The notes: generated by a model from the sequence alone, not told the origin. Shown: positions 10,712 through 20,918, counted from the first letter of the stretch. The stretch is 64,000 nucleotides of DNA from an uncultured Candidatus Saccharibacteria bacterium (GCA_964417855.1 CAYQJB010000001.1:166709-230708); one strand, 5' to 3'. Numbers and translations: made by a program.

Positions 10712-12562
10712 TTATATATTTGTTTCGAACGATTTCTTTTGTAACTCGAAAAGGTTCTTGTATATACCACCTTTAATTTTCATTAACTTTGCATGACTAT
10801 CAAACTCCTTCAATTCTCCATCCTCAATAACCATAATTCTGTCTGCGTTTTTAACAGTATTAAATCTATGGGAAATTAAGATAACAGTTTTATCAGCTGG
10901 CAAGTTCTCCAGCTCTTGGAATATTTCCATTTCTGCAATTGAATCAATCGAAGCTGTAGGTTCATCAAGAATCCAGATTTGTGGATTCTTATAGAACATC
11001 CTAGCGAGAGCAAGTTTTTGCCATTGACCAACGGAAGGTTCTACTCCATTATCAAACTCTTTTCCTAAATGAGTTTCGTACCCAAATTCCCAAGCAGAAA
11101 TAAATTCATGCGCTCCAGATCTTTTTGCTGAATCAATCACCCTATCTAAATCTAATGGAATGCTAGTATCACCCAAAGCTATAGCTTCTTTAACTGGTAA
11201 TTTATAATGCGCATAATTTTGCGATAAAAAACCTAGTTTTTTATAATAACTAGACAGATCAATCTCGTCTATATTTTTTCCATTAATCAAGATTAGCCCT
11301 TCTGTAACATCATAAAATCTCATTATCAATTTTGTTAATGTTGTTTTTCCAGCACCATTAACTCCAACAATTGCAATTTTTTCCCCTGCTCTAATTTTAA
11401 AATCAAAACCACTTAAAATGTTTGTTTTCGTATTTGGGTAGGTGAAAGAAACATTTGAAAATTCTATCTCCGGAGTTTCTTCATTAAGTTTTATGTGTCC
11501 ATTTTTAACAGCCTTCTCTGTACCTAGAAATTTAAAAGTATCATTTATAAAATTATTATTGCTAACCAGAATTGCAAAACCTCTAAAGATAGTAGAGAGT
11601 GAGTCTCTGATATCTGTCATTCTACCTATAAGGAAAATGAAGGTACCCACCTCTAGTGTCTTATCCACGACACCACCCATTAAATTGAATACAATTACAG
11701 CCATAGCAACCACCTGAATAAGAACCGTTACATTTGTGTACTTAGATCTCCTTGCTTCATTACCATTTATTTCATTATTAAATGTACTCAATAGTCCGCC
11801 AATTATATTCTTGAAATAATCTTTAGTCTTGAATATTTTTATCTCAGTTAATGTAGGGACATCAGAAAAGTACCACGCCAACATATGATACTTACGCTTA
11901 ATTTCAGCTTTTGCATCCCATATACCATAAGCTCTTTCCCCAAATTTAATTTGTAAAAGAAGATTTGGAATAATTGCAATAATCATCAGTGGGGCATACC
12001 ACCATTTGAAGTAAAATAACACAAAAACAACTGAAAAAAGAGTTATGAATTTACTGAACATAAAGAATCCCCAATCACAAAAACGAACTGTCTTATCAAT
12101 ATTCTCATCTACTCTAGACATTAGATTATTAAAATCTGGATTTTCAAAAGTTTGAACATCTATCTCATTTTTCTTTTCTATAAATACGAGATTAATGTAT
12201 TGGGCAAAAAAAACATTAAATTTGGCGTCTATATAGTCGTACCAAACATCTGCTAATTCAATAAATAAAGGTATGGACAGGTAGACACAAACAATCCCAA
12301 TTAGAGTTGGATCAAAAAGTGTTGTTAAATTACCAGAGGTTATTTTGTTTATAAACAAAGCAGCAAACCACGATAAAACAATAGGTAAAACTGCTGAAAT
12401 AGTTAGTAACCCAATTTCAATCGGTATAAATTTCTTATCAAATACCCACACAAGTTTTAATACTTTGTAAAAATTTACGATTACAGAGGTACTCTTTGGT
12501 TTCTTTTCTCTATCCTTACTGGATTTATTATTTTTTTCGACGGTATTAGTATTTGATGTCAT
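10712..12562 (-). CDS. ABC transporter, fused permease/ATP-binding exporter
   Basis: Six-TM N-terminal domain, Walker A GVNGAGKTTLTK, a signature-like PSVGQWQKLALAR and Walker B IWILDEPTASID. No C39 peptidase domain. Confidence 0.85.
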   Translation of the reverse strand: MTSNTNTVEKNNKSSKDREKKPKSTSVIVNFYKVLKLVWVFDKKFIPIEIGLLTISAVLPIVLSWFAALFINKITSGNLTTLFDPTLIGIVCVYLSIPLFIELADVWYDYIDAKFNVFFAQYINLVFIEKKNEIDVQTFENPDFNNLMSRVDENIDKTVRFCDWGFFMFSKFITLFSVVFVLFYFKWWYAPLMIIAIIPNLLLQIKFGERAYGIWDAKAEIKRKYHMLAWYFSDVPTLTEIKIFKTKDYFKNIIGGLLSTFNNEINGNEARRSKYTNVTVLIQVVAMAVIVFNLMGGVVDKTLEVGTFIFLIGRMTDIRDSLSTIFRGFAILVSNNNFINDTFKFLGTEKAVKNGHIKLNEETPEIEFSNVSFTYPNTKTNILSGFDFKIRAGEKIAIVGVNGAGKTTLTKLIMRFYDVTEGLILINGKNIDEIDLSSYYKKLGFLSQNYAHYKLPVKEAIALGDTSIPLDLDRVIDSAKRSGAHEFISAWEFGYETHLGKEFDNGVEPSVGQWQKLALARMFYKNPQIWILDEPTASIDSIAEMEIFQELENLPADKTVILISHRFNTVKNADRIMVIEDGELKEFDSHAKLMKIKGGIYKNLFELQKKSFETNI

Positions 12563-12751
12563 GAATATTATGTCGTTTATATAGGCCTTATATTACAATT
12601 ATTAGCCCTGAATTCTTATTTTATCCTTTGTTGGAATATCTTCGTGCCCAACCTCAATAATAGCTACGGGCTTTACTGGTTATTGCCACTTTCTTCAAGT
12701 TGCATGAGTTTTTCTGTTGAAGATACTTATGTTGAAAATATTAGCATTTTT

Positions 12752-12780
12752 TTGACCTATTTACCAAAAGATGATATATT
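12752..12780 (+). promoter_or_regulatory. Candidate sigma70-like promoter upstream of nusA
   Basis: TTGACC (12752-12757), a 17-nt spacer, then TATATT (12775-12780). Confidence 0.4.
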
Positions 12781-12920
12781 AATGAGGTCTCAAGTTATGT
12801 TCGCCCAAAAGGCGGGCTAATTTTTTTCCCAAGACTATCAAGAGCCCAAATATACGGCCATAAATATAGTTTATTATAAAGGAGACACTGCCACTAACAA
12901 TTAAATAACAACTAAATATT

Positions 12921-14186
12921 ATGTTTGATCTAAAAGTAATTCATTCCGTCCTTGACCAATTAGAAGAAGAGCGCGGAATTCCAAGAGAAAAAATCCTAGA
13001 AGCTATAGAATTAGCCCTAGCAACAGCCTATAAGAAGGAATATGGAAGAAAAGGCCAATATATAAGAGCAATTTTCGATTTAAATACAGGAAACGTAGAA
13101 TTCTGTCAGGTAAAAACAGCTGTTGACCCGGAAACAACCATTTTTCCAAATGAAGATGGGACCCTACCAGAGTCAGCTTATGAAACAAATGAAGATGGTG
13201 AGGAACGTACAATTTTCAATGACGAGCAACACATTCCATTGGATATTGCTAGAAAAATCAAAAAAGACATTCAAGTTGGTGAGGAACTAGTTTTTCCACT
13301 TGAAACTAAGGCAGATTATGGAAGAATCGCAGCTCAAACTGCAAAACAAGTGATTATTCAGAAGATTAGAGAGGCAGAAAAGATTTCTGTACTTAATGAA
13401 TTCGGAAAAAAGGAAGGTGAAATTGTATCAGGAACAGTAGAAAGAAGTGAAAGAGGTACAGTTTTCATAAATATGGGGCGTGCTATAGGTATTCTTCCAT
13501 ATGATGAGCAAATTCCAGGAGAACATTACAATCAAGGAGAAAGAATCAGAGCCTGTTTGATGCGTGTTGAGGAAACTCCAAGAGGTATCTTCCTTAGACT
13601 TTCTCGTGCTACACCTCAATTTTTAGCAGAATTATTCAAAATAGAAGTACCTGAGATAGGAGCCGGAACAGTTGAAGTAAAAGCTGTTGCCAGAGAAGCC
13701 GGAGCAAGATCTAAGATTGCAGTCACTGCGACAGATTCACATATTGACCCAATTGGATCAATGGTTGGACAACGTGGAGTTAGAGTAAATACAGTTATGA
13801 GCGAACTAGGAGGTGAGAAAATCGATATTATTGACTGGTCTGAGAATCCGGCTGAATTCATAGAATCAGCCCTATCTCCAGCAAAAGTAGTAAACATAAC
13901 ACTTAATGAAGTAGATAAGACAGCAACAGTTGAAGTAACGGAGGATCAACAATCACTAGCTATTGGGAAAAGTGGTCAAAATGCAAGACTTGCTGCCAGA
14001 TTAACAGGGTGGAGAATTAATATTCAAGCCGTTAAAGGTGATGAGGGGGCTGAAAATGAAGAAGCTGCTGATCTAAAGGCAGAAAAAGAGGAAGTAATTA
14101 ATGAAGCAGATGTTGCAAAATTAATTGCAGACGGCGTACTTACAGAAGAAAAGACTGAGGAAGAGTCAGTTCTGGGAACAGAATAA
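12921..14186 (+). CDS. nusA: Transcription termination/antitermination factor NusA
   Basis: NusA N-terminal domain, S1 domain and tandem KH domains (GSMVGQRGVRV...). Acidic C-terminal tail. Confidence 0.92.
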   Translation: MFDLKVIHSVLDQLEEERGIPREKILEAIELALATAYKKEYGRKGQYIRAIFDLNTGNVEFCQVKTAVDPETTIFPNEDGTLPESAYETNEDGEERTIFNDEQHIPLDIARKIKKDIQVGEELVFPLETKADYGRIAAQTAKQVIIQKIREAEKISVLNEFGKKEGEIVSGTVERSERGTVFINMGRAIGILPYDEQIPGEHYNQGERIRACLMRVEETPRGIFLRLSRATPQFLAELFKIEVPEIGAGTVEVKAVAREAGARSKIAVTATDSHIDPIGSMVGQRGVRVNTVMSELGGEKIDIIDWSENPAEFIESALSPAKVVNITLNEVDKTATVEVTEDQQSLAIGKSGQNARLAARLTGWRINIQAVKGDEGAENEEAADLKAEKEEVINEADVAKLIADGVLTEEKTEEESVLGTE

Positions 14187-14296
14187 TCTAAGACTCCGAC
14201 GGAAACATAATTTGACCAAAACAATACAGACCCTTGGGGTGGAGGCTGTTTGACGACATATATTAGACGAATAACAATTACAAAATTAAAATAAGT

Positions 14297-14845
14297 ATGA
14301 TGACAAGAATGAATTTATGGCACGACATAGAGCCTGGAACAGCTGATGAGATAGTTACAATTATCGAAATCAACAAAGGCTCAAAGAATAAATATGAAAT
14401 AGACAAAAAAACAGGTCTAATTTCTTTAGACAGGGTTGGTTATACAACTCAAGACTATCCATTTGACTATGGGTTTGTTCCACAGACCCTCTGGGATGAT
14501 GGTGACCCACTTGATACAGTAATATTAACGACACACGCGCTTATGCCAGGAATAATGACACGTATTCGTCCTGTTGCAATCATAAACATGATTGATGATG
14601 GTGATTCAGATGCAAAAATTGTTGCAGTTCCTGTTGGAGACCCGCGATGGAATAATGTAAATGATTTATCTGATATAAATCCACACACCATTGAGGAAAT
14701 TGAACACTTCTTTCTAACATACAAACTTATGCAAAATAAGGTTGTAACGATCGATAGTATTGAGGGCGCACAGAAAGCAAGGGATGCATTTGAGAGAGCG
14801 AAGAAACTTTATCAAGAAAAGTTTGGAAATAGCGAGTCAAAATAA
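14297..14845 (+). CDS. ppa: Inorganic pyrophosphatase (family I)
   Basis: EINKGSKNKYE, DYGFVPQT and DGDPLDTV motifs. Confidence 0.92.
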   Translation: MMTRMNLWHDIEPGTADEIVTIIEINKGSKNKYEIDKKTGLISLDRVGYTTQDYPFDYGFVPQTLWDDGDPLDTVILTTHALMPGIMTRIRPVAIINMIDDGDSDAKIVAVPVGDPRWNNVNDLSDINPHTIEEIEHFFLTYKLMQNKVVTIDSIEGAQKARDAFERAKKLYQEKFGNSESK

Positions 14846-14872
14846 ATTAATCAGCCAAAATAAAAAAACAAC

Positions 14873-15922
14873 ATGCCTTTTACAATCACAAATAAACAAA
14901 AACTTCCAAATTCAGAATTTGAAATTACTGGGGAACTTAAAGCCGAAACGGTTTCTGGCTTTCGCGAACAAGCTTTAAAGAGCTTTAATGGAGAGACAAA
15001 GGTTTCTGGATTCAGACCAGGTCATATTCCAGAGAAATTATTAATTGATAAGTTTGGAGAATTAGCAATAACAGAAGAGGCTGGAAGACTAGCTCTTGAG
15101 CATCATTACGGAGAGATAATTCAATCTCTTGATATCAAGGCTGTTGGATCTCCTGCTGTAACAATAACTAAGGTTGCGCCAAATGAAGCTTTTGGATTTA
15201 AAATAAAAACAGCCTTAATGCCTGAGGTTAAGATTGGAGATTATAAAAAAGCAGCAAGTAAAATAATGGCGGAGAAAGTAGAAGTTAAGGTGACGGACAA
15301 AGAAGTCGATGATTCAGTAGAGGAATTAAGAAAGCAAGTTGCACATGAAGAACATCATGCACAAAACCCAGAGGATCATGGGCACGATCATGGCGACCTA
15401 GCGCTTCCTGAAGTAAATGAGGATTTTATAAAGAAATTTGGAGACTTAAAGAGTGTAGAGGAATTTAAGGAGAAAGTTAAAGAAGGAATAACTGCTGAAA
15501 AAACTCGCAAAGAGAAGGACAAGAAAAGATTAATGATAATGGAGGAGCTGATTAAGAATTCTACTATTGATATGCCTCAAATGCTTATCGATTCAGAATT
15601 AGACAAAATGGTTGCAGAAATGTCATCAAACATTTCTCAAATGGGTCTATCTATTGAGGATTATCTTAAGCATGTTGGAAAGACAATTGAGGATATGAAG
15701 AAGGAATGGACACCAGATGCAGAAAAAAGAGCAAAGACACAATTGTTACTTAATAAAATTGCTATCGATGAAAAAATAGAAGTTTCAGAAGATGCAATTA
15801 AAAAGGAAGTTGATGCATTACTTAATTACTACAAGGATGCAGACCGTGTCAGAGCAACAATTTACATTGAAACAGTGATGCTAAATGAAGCTGTTTGGAA
15901 ATTCTTGGAGGAGGTTAAATAA
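14873..15922 (+). CDS. tig: Trigger factor (short form, 349 aa)
   Basis: N-terminal ribosome-binding signature VSGFRPGHIPEKLL (the GFRxGxxP motif). The size suggests a reduced or absent PPIase domain. A His-rich segment HEEHHAQNPEDHGHDHGD is present. Confidence 0.75.
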   Translation: MPFTITNKQKLPNSEFEITGELKAETVSGFREQALKSFNGETKVSGFRPGHIPEKLLIDKFGELAITEEAGRLALEHHYGEIIQSLDIKAVGSPAVTITKVAPNEAFGFKIKTALMPEVKIGDYKKAASKIMAEKVEVKVTDKEVDDSVEELRKQVAHEEHHAQNPEDHGHDHGDLALPEVNEDFIKKFGDLKSVEEFKEKVKEGITAEKTRKEKDKKRLMIMEELIKNSTIDMPQMLIDSELDKMVAEMSSNISQMGLSIEDYLKHVGKTIEDMKKEWTPDAEKRAKTQLLLNKIAIDEKIEVSEDAIKKEVDALLNYYKDADRVRATIYIETVMLNEAVWKFLEEVK

Positions 15923-15942
15923 AATACTTTTAAAAACACGCG

Positions 15943-15981
15943 CGACCAGAGACTGGCCGCGCGTGTTTTTGTATACAAATA
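15943..15981. terminator. Bidirectional rho-independent terminator between convergent tig and rsmE
   Basis: GC-rich stem ACACGCGCG...CGCGCGTGT, flanked by an A-run on one side and a T-run on the other. Confidence 0.7.
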
Positions 15982-16012
15982 AAGAATTACAATATACAAA
16001 CTTCCTTTAAAA

Positions 16013-16864
16013 CTAGTTATTAACCAACGCAAGCAAAGCAATAGCCGCTGTCTCTGCCCTTAAAACATTCTGACTAAATTTAATAGATTTAATTTTTGAA
16101 TCCTCAAACAACTTAATTTCTTTTGGAGACCACCCCCCTTCTGGACCAATCAAAAATACTAGGTCTGTATATGAACTCTTCTTCTTAAGGACTTCGTTTA
16201 GATTTGAACCATTTTGATTACAAACAAAAGCTCCAACCTTCTTATTATCTATTAGACCCAGCTCTTTGATTGCCTCAGTAAGCTTTTTTATAGGGTGCAT
16301 TACAGGCACATCACTTCTTCCACATTGTTCAGATGCCTCAACCAATATTCTTTGAGACCTAGTCATATTTAAATCCTTCTTGATTGTTCTGTCTGTAACA
16401 ATAGGAACGATTTGAGAAACACCAAGTTCTGTTGCTTTTTGAAGAACCAAATCAAAATTATCATTCTTAATTAATGACATCAACAGTGTTATCGAAGTCT
16501 TTGACAGCTGATTATTAGACGTAGAAGTATTTTCATCTTTTTCCACGACTTTGCCAACTGAATTACCAGTCTTTGATATTTTTTTTCTAATATCTGCTTT
16601 TATATCCTTATTTGGAGCAACATCCTCAGTATTCTCTACTTTAGTTATCTCCAAAACCCTAAGAACAGCCTCACTATTATCTAATTTTTCAATAATGCAT
16701 AGATAATCATATCCTGAACCATCAAAAAGTATTACCCTACTACCTGTAATATATCTAAAAACCTTCTTCCATTGGCTTAAAACAGGCTCATATTCAAAAG
16801 CTCTTAAAACTACCCTTTCCTTTGCGTCAATCTTATCTTTTATAAAAAATCTATGAAATCTCAT
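16013..16864 (-). CDS. rsmE: 16S rRNA (uracil1498-N3)-methyltransferase RsmE
   Basis: LVLQKATELGV...RSQRILVEASEQCGR...GPEGGWS..E...LRAETAA motifs, with a middle low-complexity insertion. Confidence 0.75.
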   Translation of the reverse strand: MRFHRFFIKDKIDAKERVVLRAFEYEPVLSQWKKVFRYITGSRVILFDGSGYDYLCIIEKLDNSEAVLRVLEITKVENTEDVAPNKDIKADIRKKISKTGNSVGKVVEKDENTSTSNNQLSKTSITLLMSLIKNDNFDLVLQKATELGVSQIVPIVTDRTIKKDLNMTRSQRILVEASEQCGRSDVPVMHPIKKLTEAIKELGLIDNKKVGAFVCNQNGSNLNEVLKKKSSYTDLVFLIGPEGGWSPKEIKLFEDSKIKSIKFSQNVLRAETAAIALLALVNN

Positions 16865-17086
16865 ATTAAATTATGTTAATTGTACTTAAAATTTTAGTTT
16901 ATTTTCAAATTATACGCTGTTTGATTTTTCTTAAAATTAAGCGTATTCTTTGAACCATACAGACATCCAGACAAAGCCCTAGATCAATAATTTTGAACCT
17001 ACTGTGGATAACTCCACAAAAGTACCAAAACCATGACAAATCCAAAACTCAGATAAACCCACTATTATATATAATACACTTTGAAC

Positions 17087-17662
17087 ATGTTAATTCCAAC
17101 AGTTATAGAAAAATCACAATTTGGCGAGAGGGCATATGATATATATTCAAGACTTCTAAGAGAAAATATCATTTTTCTTGGGGGACCAATCGATGATAAT
17201 GTAGCAAATATTGTTATCGCACAATTACTATTTTTACAAGCAGAAGATCCAAAGAAGGATATCTCTTTGTACATTAATTCACCAGGGGGTTCAGTTACAG
17301 CAACCTTGGCGATGATTGATACAATGAATTACATCAAGAATGATGTTTCAACAATCTGTGTCGGACTGGCAGCATCAGGTGGTGCATGGCTACTTTCAGC
17401 TGGAAAAAAAGGAAAGAGATATGCATTACAAAATTCAGAAATGATGATTCACCAACCACTACAAGGCGGAATAGAAGGACAAGCATCAGACATAGAAATC
17501 ACAGCAAAACAAATCATTAAGACAAAAGAGAGATTGGCAAAAATGATGGCAGAAAACACTGGACAACCATTAAAGAAGGTTGAAGCTGATGTTGATAGAG
17601 ATTTCTATTTATCAGCAGATGAAGCAAAGAAATACGGACTTATCGACAAAGTTCTATCATAA
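17087..17662 (+). CDS. clpP: ATP-dependent Clp protease proteolytic subunit
   Basis: IPTVIE...[11 protein letters not shown]...INSPGGSV...MIHQP is the ClpP catalytic-triad context. The track ORF starts at a TTG at 17081, but the ATG at 17087 gives the canonical M-IPTVIE start. Confidence 0.9.
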   Translation: MLIPTVIEKSQFGERAYDIYSRLLRENIIFLGGPIDDNVANIVIAQLLFLQAEDPKKDISLYINSPGGSVTATLAMIDTMNYIKNDVSTICVGLAASGGAWLLSAGKKGKRYALQNSEMMIHQPLQGGIEGQASDIEITAKQIIKTKERLAKMMAENTGQPLKKVEADVDRDFYLSADEAKKYGLIDKVLS

Positions 17663-17671
17663 TTTAAAAAC

Positions 17672-19225
17672 ATGATTACAAACCAAATAGCCCTTTCATT
17701 AGCAGTAATGACAGGTGGCGTAGGTTTTGTTATTGGATACTTAATCAGAATATTGGTTGCGCTAAGTACAAAAAACTCTCTTGAACTTAATGCAAAGAAA
17801 ATTAAAACAATAGCAAAAGAGGAGGCCGTTGAAATAATATCTAGAGCTCAAAATGATGCAACGGAAATCATGTCGGACGCAAAAAAAGAAATAAAAGAAA
17901 AGGAAGAAAATATACAGAAGAATGAAGATCGATTAATAAAGAAGGAACAAATGGTTGATAGCAGACAGATTGAAGTTGAAAAGGACATCAAAAAAATTGA
18001 TGAAGAAATAGAAAAGATACGTTCTAGAAAAAATAAACTCTCCGAAGATGAGGAGCAGCTTAAAATATTAAAGGATCAAGAGAGCCTTGTTATAGAGCGT
18101 ATTTCTGGATTAACAAATGAAGAAGCGAAGAAGATTGTGTTTGATAAAATTGAAAAAGACTCAGCTGATGACCTTGTTAATAGAATGAATAAGTTTGATT
18201 TGTTTGCAGAGGATTCACTTGAGGATAAAGCGAGGGAGATACTAACAACGGTAGTTCAAAGACTTGCTTCTTCTGTTAATGCAGAAATATTTTCTTCTGC
18301 TGTTCAAATTCCATCTGAGGATATTAAAGGAAAAGTTATTGGAAAAGAAGGAAGAAATATTAAAACTTTTGAAAAAGAAACGGGTGTTGAAGTTTTGGTT
18401 GATGAAGGACAGGGATACATTACATTGTCATGTTTTGATCCAATAAGAAGACAGGTTGCAAAAATTGCATTAGAAGCACTTATTGCCGATGGAAGAATAC
18501 AACCAGCAAGAATTGAAAAGGAAGTTGAAATGGCGAGAGACTCAATAATAAAAGAAACAAAGAAATTAGGCAGCATGGCATGTTATGAAACAGGTGTCGT
18601 TGGACTTGATCCACGTATTTCAACAATCCTAGGAAGACTGCAATATAGAACTAGTTACGGACAAAATGTATTGCAACATTCAATAGAATGTTGTCATCTT
18701 GCAGGAATGTTAGCAGAAGAACTTGGTGCTGATGTTGCAGTTGCAAAAGCAGGTGCGCTACTGCATGACATTGGAAAAGCACTAGATCATGAAGTTACAG
18801 GAAGTCATGTTGATATAGGGAAAAAACTGCTGGAGAAGATGGGTGTTGATAAAAAAATAATTCAAGCAATGCAATCGCATCATGATGAATACCCATATGA
18901 AACACTAGAGGCTAGAATTGTTCAAACAGCAGATGCTCTTTCTGGAGGACGTCCCGGCGCAAGAAGCGACACTATGGAAAACTATATTAAGAGACTTAAT
19001 GATCTTGAAGATATAGCAAACTCTTTCTCTGGAGTAGAGAAATCTTATGCACTTCAAGCTGGACGAGAAATCAGAATTTTTGTTTCACCAGAAAAAATAT
19101 CAGATTATGATGCAAAAAATATAGCTAGGAATATAGCTATTAAAATTGAGAGGACATTGAAGTACCCAGGAGAAATAAAAGTTACAGTGATAAGAGAAAA
19201 TAAGATTGTTGAAATAGCTAGGTAA
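17672..19225 (+). CDS. rny: Ribonuclease Y
   Basis: N-terminal TM, coiled-coil region, KH domain (KGKVIGKEGRNIKTFEKETGV) and HD domain (LLHDIGKA...H..D). Confidence 0.9.
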   Translation: MITNQIALSLAVMTGGVGFVIGYLIRILVALSTKNSLELNAKKIKTIAKEEAVEIISRAQNDATEIMSDAKKEIKEKEENIQKNEDRLIKKEQMVDSRQIEVEKDIKKIDEEIEKIRSRKNKLSEDEEQLKILKDQESLVIERISGLTNEEAKKIVFDKIEKDSADDLVNRMNKFDLFAEDSLEDKAREILTTVVQRLASSVNAEIFSSAVQIPSEDIKGKVIGKEGRNIKTFEKETGVEVLVDEGQGYITLSCFDPIRRQVAKIALEALIADGRIQPARIEKEVEMARDSIIKETKKLGSMACYETGVVGLDPRISTILGRLQYRTSYGQNVLQHSIECCHLAGMLAEELGADVAVAKAGALLHDIGKALDHEVTGSHVDIGKKLLEKMGVDKKIIQAMQSHHDEYPYETLEARIVQTADALSGGRPGARSDTMENYIKRLNDLEDIANSFSGVEKSYALQAGREIRIFVSPEKISDYDAKNIARNIAIKIERTLKYPGEIKVTVIRENKIVEIAR

Positions 19226-19310
19226 AATAAGGGTATTTCTGGATATTTAAAAAAATCTGGCTAATTAGTAAATGAAATGTTTTAACAAAATCGGCTCAAT
19301 TTATTAAAAA

Positions 19311-19340
19311 TTGACGAATATGTCAAAATGTGTCAAAACT
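19311..19340 (+). promoter_or_regulatory. Three helically phased 10-bp direct repeats (TTGACGAATA/TGTCAAAATG/TGTCAAAACT) upstream of the hup promoter
   Basis: The exact TGTCAAAA core is repeated at 19321 and 19331 with a 10-bp period, and a degenerate copy lies at 19311. Confidence 0.35.
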
Positions 19341-19360
19341 TTTTTAATCTATTAAAGCTA

Positions 19361-19389
19361 TTGATTCAAAATATGGCTTAATATATAAT
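19361..19389 (+). promoter_or_regulatory. Candidate sigma70-like promoter for hup
   Basis: TTGATT (19361-19366), a 17-nt spacer, then TATAAT (19384-19389). Confidence 0.45.
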
Positions 19390-19443
19390 CAATAGCGAGG
19401 TTATAGCGGTCGACAATTATAAAACACAATTACTTGTACAAAT

Positions 19444-19716
19444 ATGAATAAAGCAGCATTGGTTGACAAAGTAAATGAAGTACTAGGAACAACAAAAGTT
19501 CAATCTGAGGAAGTTGTAAATACTATCTTTGATAGTATTACAGCTACACTTAAGAAAGGCGAAGAAGTTTCAGTAGCTGGTTTCGGTATCTTTTCTGCAA
19601 AGAAGAGAGCCGCACGTTCTGCTCGTAACCCAAGAACAGGAGAAATCGTAAAGGTTGCAGCTATGAATGTTCCAAAGTTTAGAGCAGCAAAGGCTCTTAA
19701 GGAAGCAGTTAAATAA
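19444..19716 (+). CDS. hup: DNA-binding protein HU
   Basis: 90 aa. The ...GFGIF...RNPRTGE...VPKFRAAKALK pattern is the bacterial HU/IHF-fold signature. Confidence 0.92.
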   Translation: MNKAALVDKVNEVLGTTKVQSEEVVNTIFDSITATLKKGEEVSVAGFGIFSAKKRAARSARNPRTGEIVKVAAMNVPKFRAAKALKEAVK

Positions 19717-19750
19717 TTTCAGTAAGTCGGTTAGATAGTTTCCACTTAAC

Positions 19751-19784
19751 AAAATACCCCAGCGCAAGCTGGGGTATTTTGTTA
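19751..19784 (+). terminator. Rho-independent terminator after hup
   Basis: AAAATACCCCAGC-GCAA-GCTGGGGTATTTT hairpin followed by a T-run. Confidence 0.75.
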
Positions 19785-19847
19785 GTTTGCTATATTTAAT
19801 CAATAACTTATACCCCCTATTTTCTATACCCACCAACACAGATATAG

Positions 19848-20918
19848 TTATCTCACAATCACGGCCTGGTTAGTAACCCCTGGAACTGCATAGAAATTGT
19901 CCATTAATTTTTCTGTTGTCCAATACTCAAAACTTCTTCCATTAATAGGATCGTTTAAATAAAATCCTGATGGATTGTCCTTTGGACCGGCAACACCAAC
20001 AAGAACTCTGGCGTGTTCCCCTTTAATTGCTGTGACCTCTCCCCCGCCTGGAACTTTCCATGAATAAGCGGGTGTAGCCATTGATGTATAACCCCAAAAA
20101 ACAATAGGATGACCCGCCCTTATTTCACGAGCCAGTGTTGTGGCAGTTATGATTGTTTCATACGACGCGTCTCTCCCGTATGAAATTGCCGCTTTCATAA
20201 CTGGCGCACCATAAACCCCATACCCCCCAAAATCATCACCTACCCCAATACTACCGACAAACATCTCCCTCGGATCATCCCATTCGTTTAATTCAACATT
20301 TTTTGGCCTAGGTTTATAACCAAATTTCTGAACAATCTCCATGTCATCAGCAATATTTATTCCATAATACGCAAGTGCCATTCTAAGTGAAGCAGCTTCA
20401 CAGCTATTCCTATACTGCTGTGCGAAATATGGAACTTTCAGTTTGAATACATCGGTTGGTTCAATTACAACTGGAACCCTAGTCTGTATCAATGCTGGCG
20501 TTGATACTGCTACGGGCGCCATTATTGGTGCTTGTTCTGTTTTTGTTTCTATTGGTATTGTAATTGCAACAACCTTAAGTTCTACTTTCTCCTCAGAAGG
20601 CTCGTTTTCAGAAATAGATGCTTCTTTTGTCACTAAATGCACAGTATTTAGTGTACTGTCTTTTTCATCACTAACTGTGGCGACTACCGTCATGTCATCA
20701 GAAGCTCTCATCAAACCACTGTTTGTATTAGCGGTGACAATGAAGCCACCATAGACATTGTCAGCCTTAGTAGGTGTTCCATTTTGTGATACAGATGATT
20801 GTGACTCAGAATAAACAGTATTAACCCTCGTATTTACAGGGGTTACCAAATTTATTCGTATATACAACGAAGCCATTATTATCAAAAGAGCGAGAAAGAT
20901 ATAAATCTTTATTCTCAT
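19848..20918 (-). CDS. Membrane-anchored C39-like (Peptidase_C39_2-type) cysteine peptidase domain protein
   Basis: N-terminal TM (IYIFLALLIIMASLYI), then YFAQQYRNSCEAASLRMALAYYG matching the C39-like catalytic Cys context. The track start (MTAFQAV...) runs into the tRNA-Gly; the real start is most likely MMRIKIY at 20918-20921. Confidence 0.55.
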   Translation of the reverse strand: MRIKIYIFLALLIIMASLYIRINLVTPVNTRVNTVYSESQSSVSQNGTPTKADNVYGGFIVTANTNSGLMRASDDMTVVATVSDEKDSTLNTVHLVTKEASISENEPSEEKVELKVVAITIPIETKTEQAPIMAPVAVSTPALIQTRVPVVIEPTDVFKLKVPYFAQQYRNSCEAASLRMALAYYGINIADDMEIVQKFGYKPRPKNVELNEWDDPREMFVGSIGVGDDFGGYGVYGAPVMKAAISYGRDASYETIITATTLAREIRAGHPIVFWGYTSMATPAYSWKVPGGGEVTAIKGEHARVLVGVAGPKDNPSGFYLNDPINGRSFEYWTTEKLMDNFYAVPGVTNQAVIVR

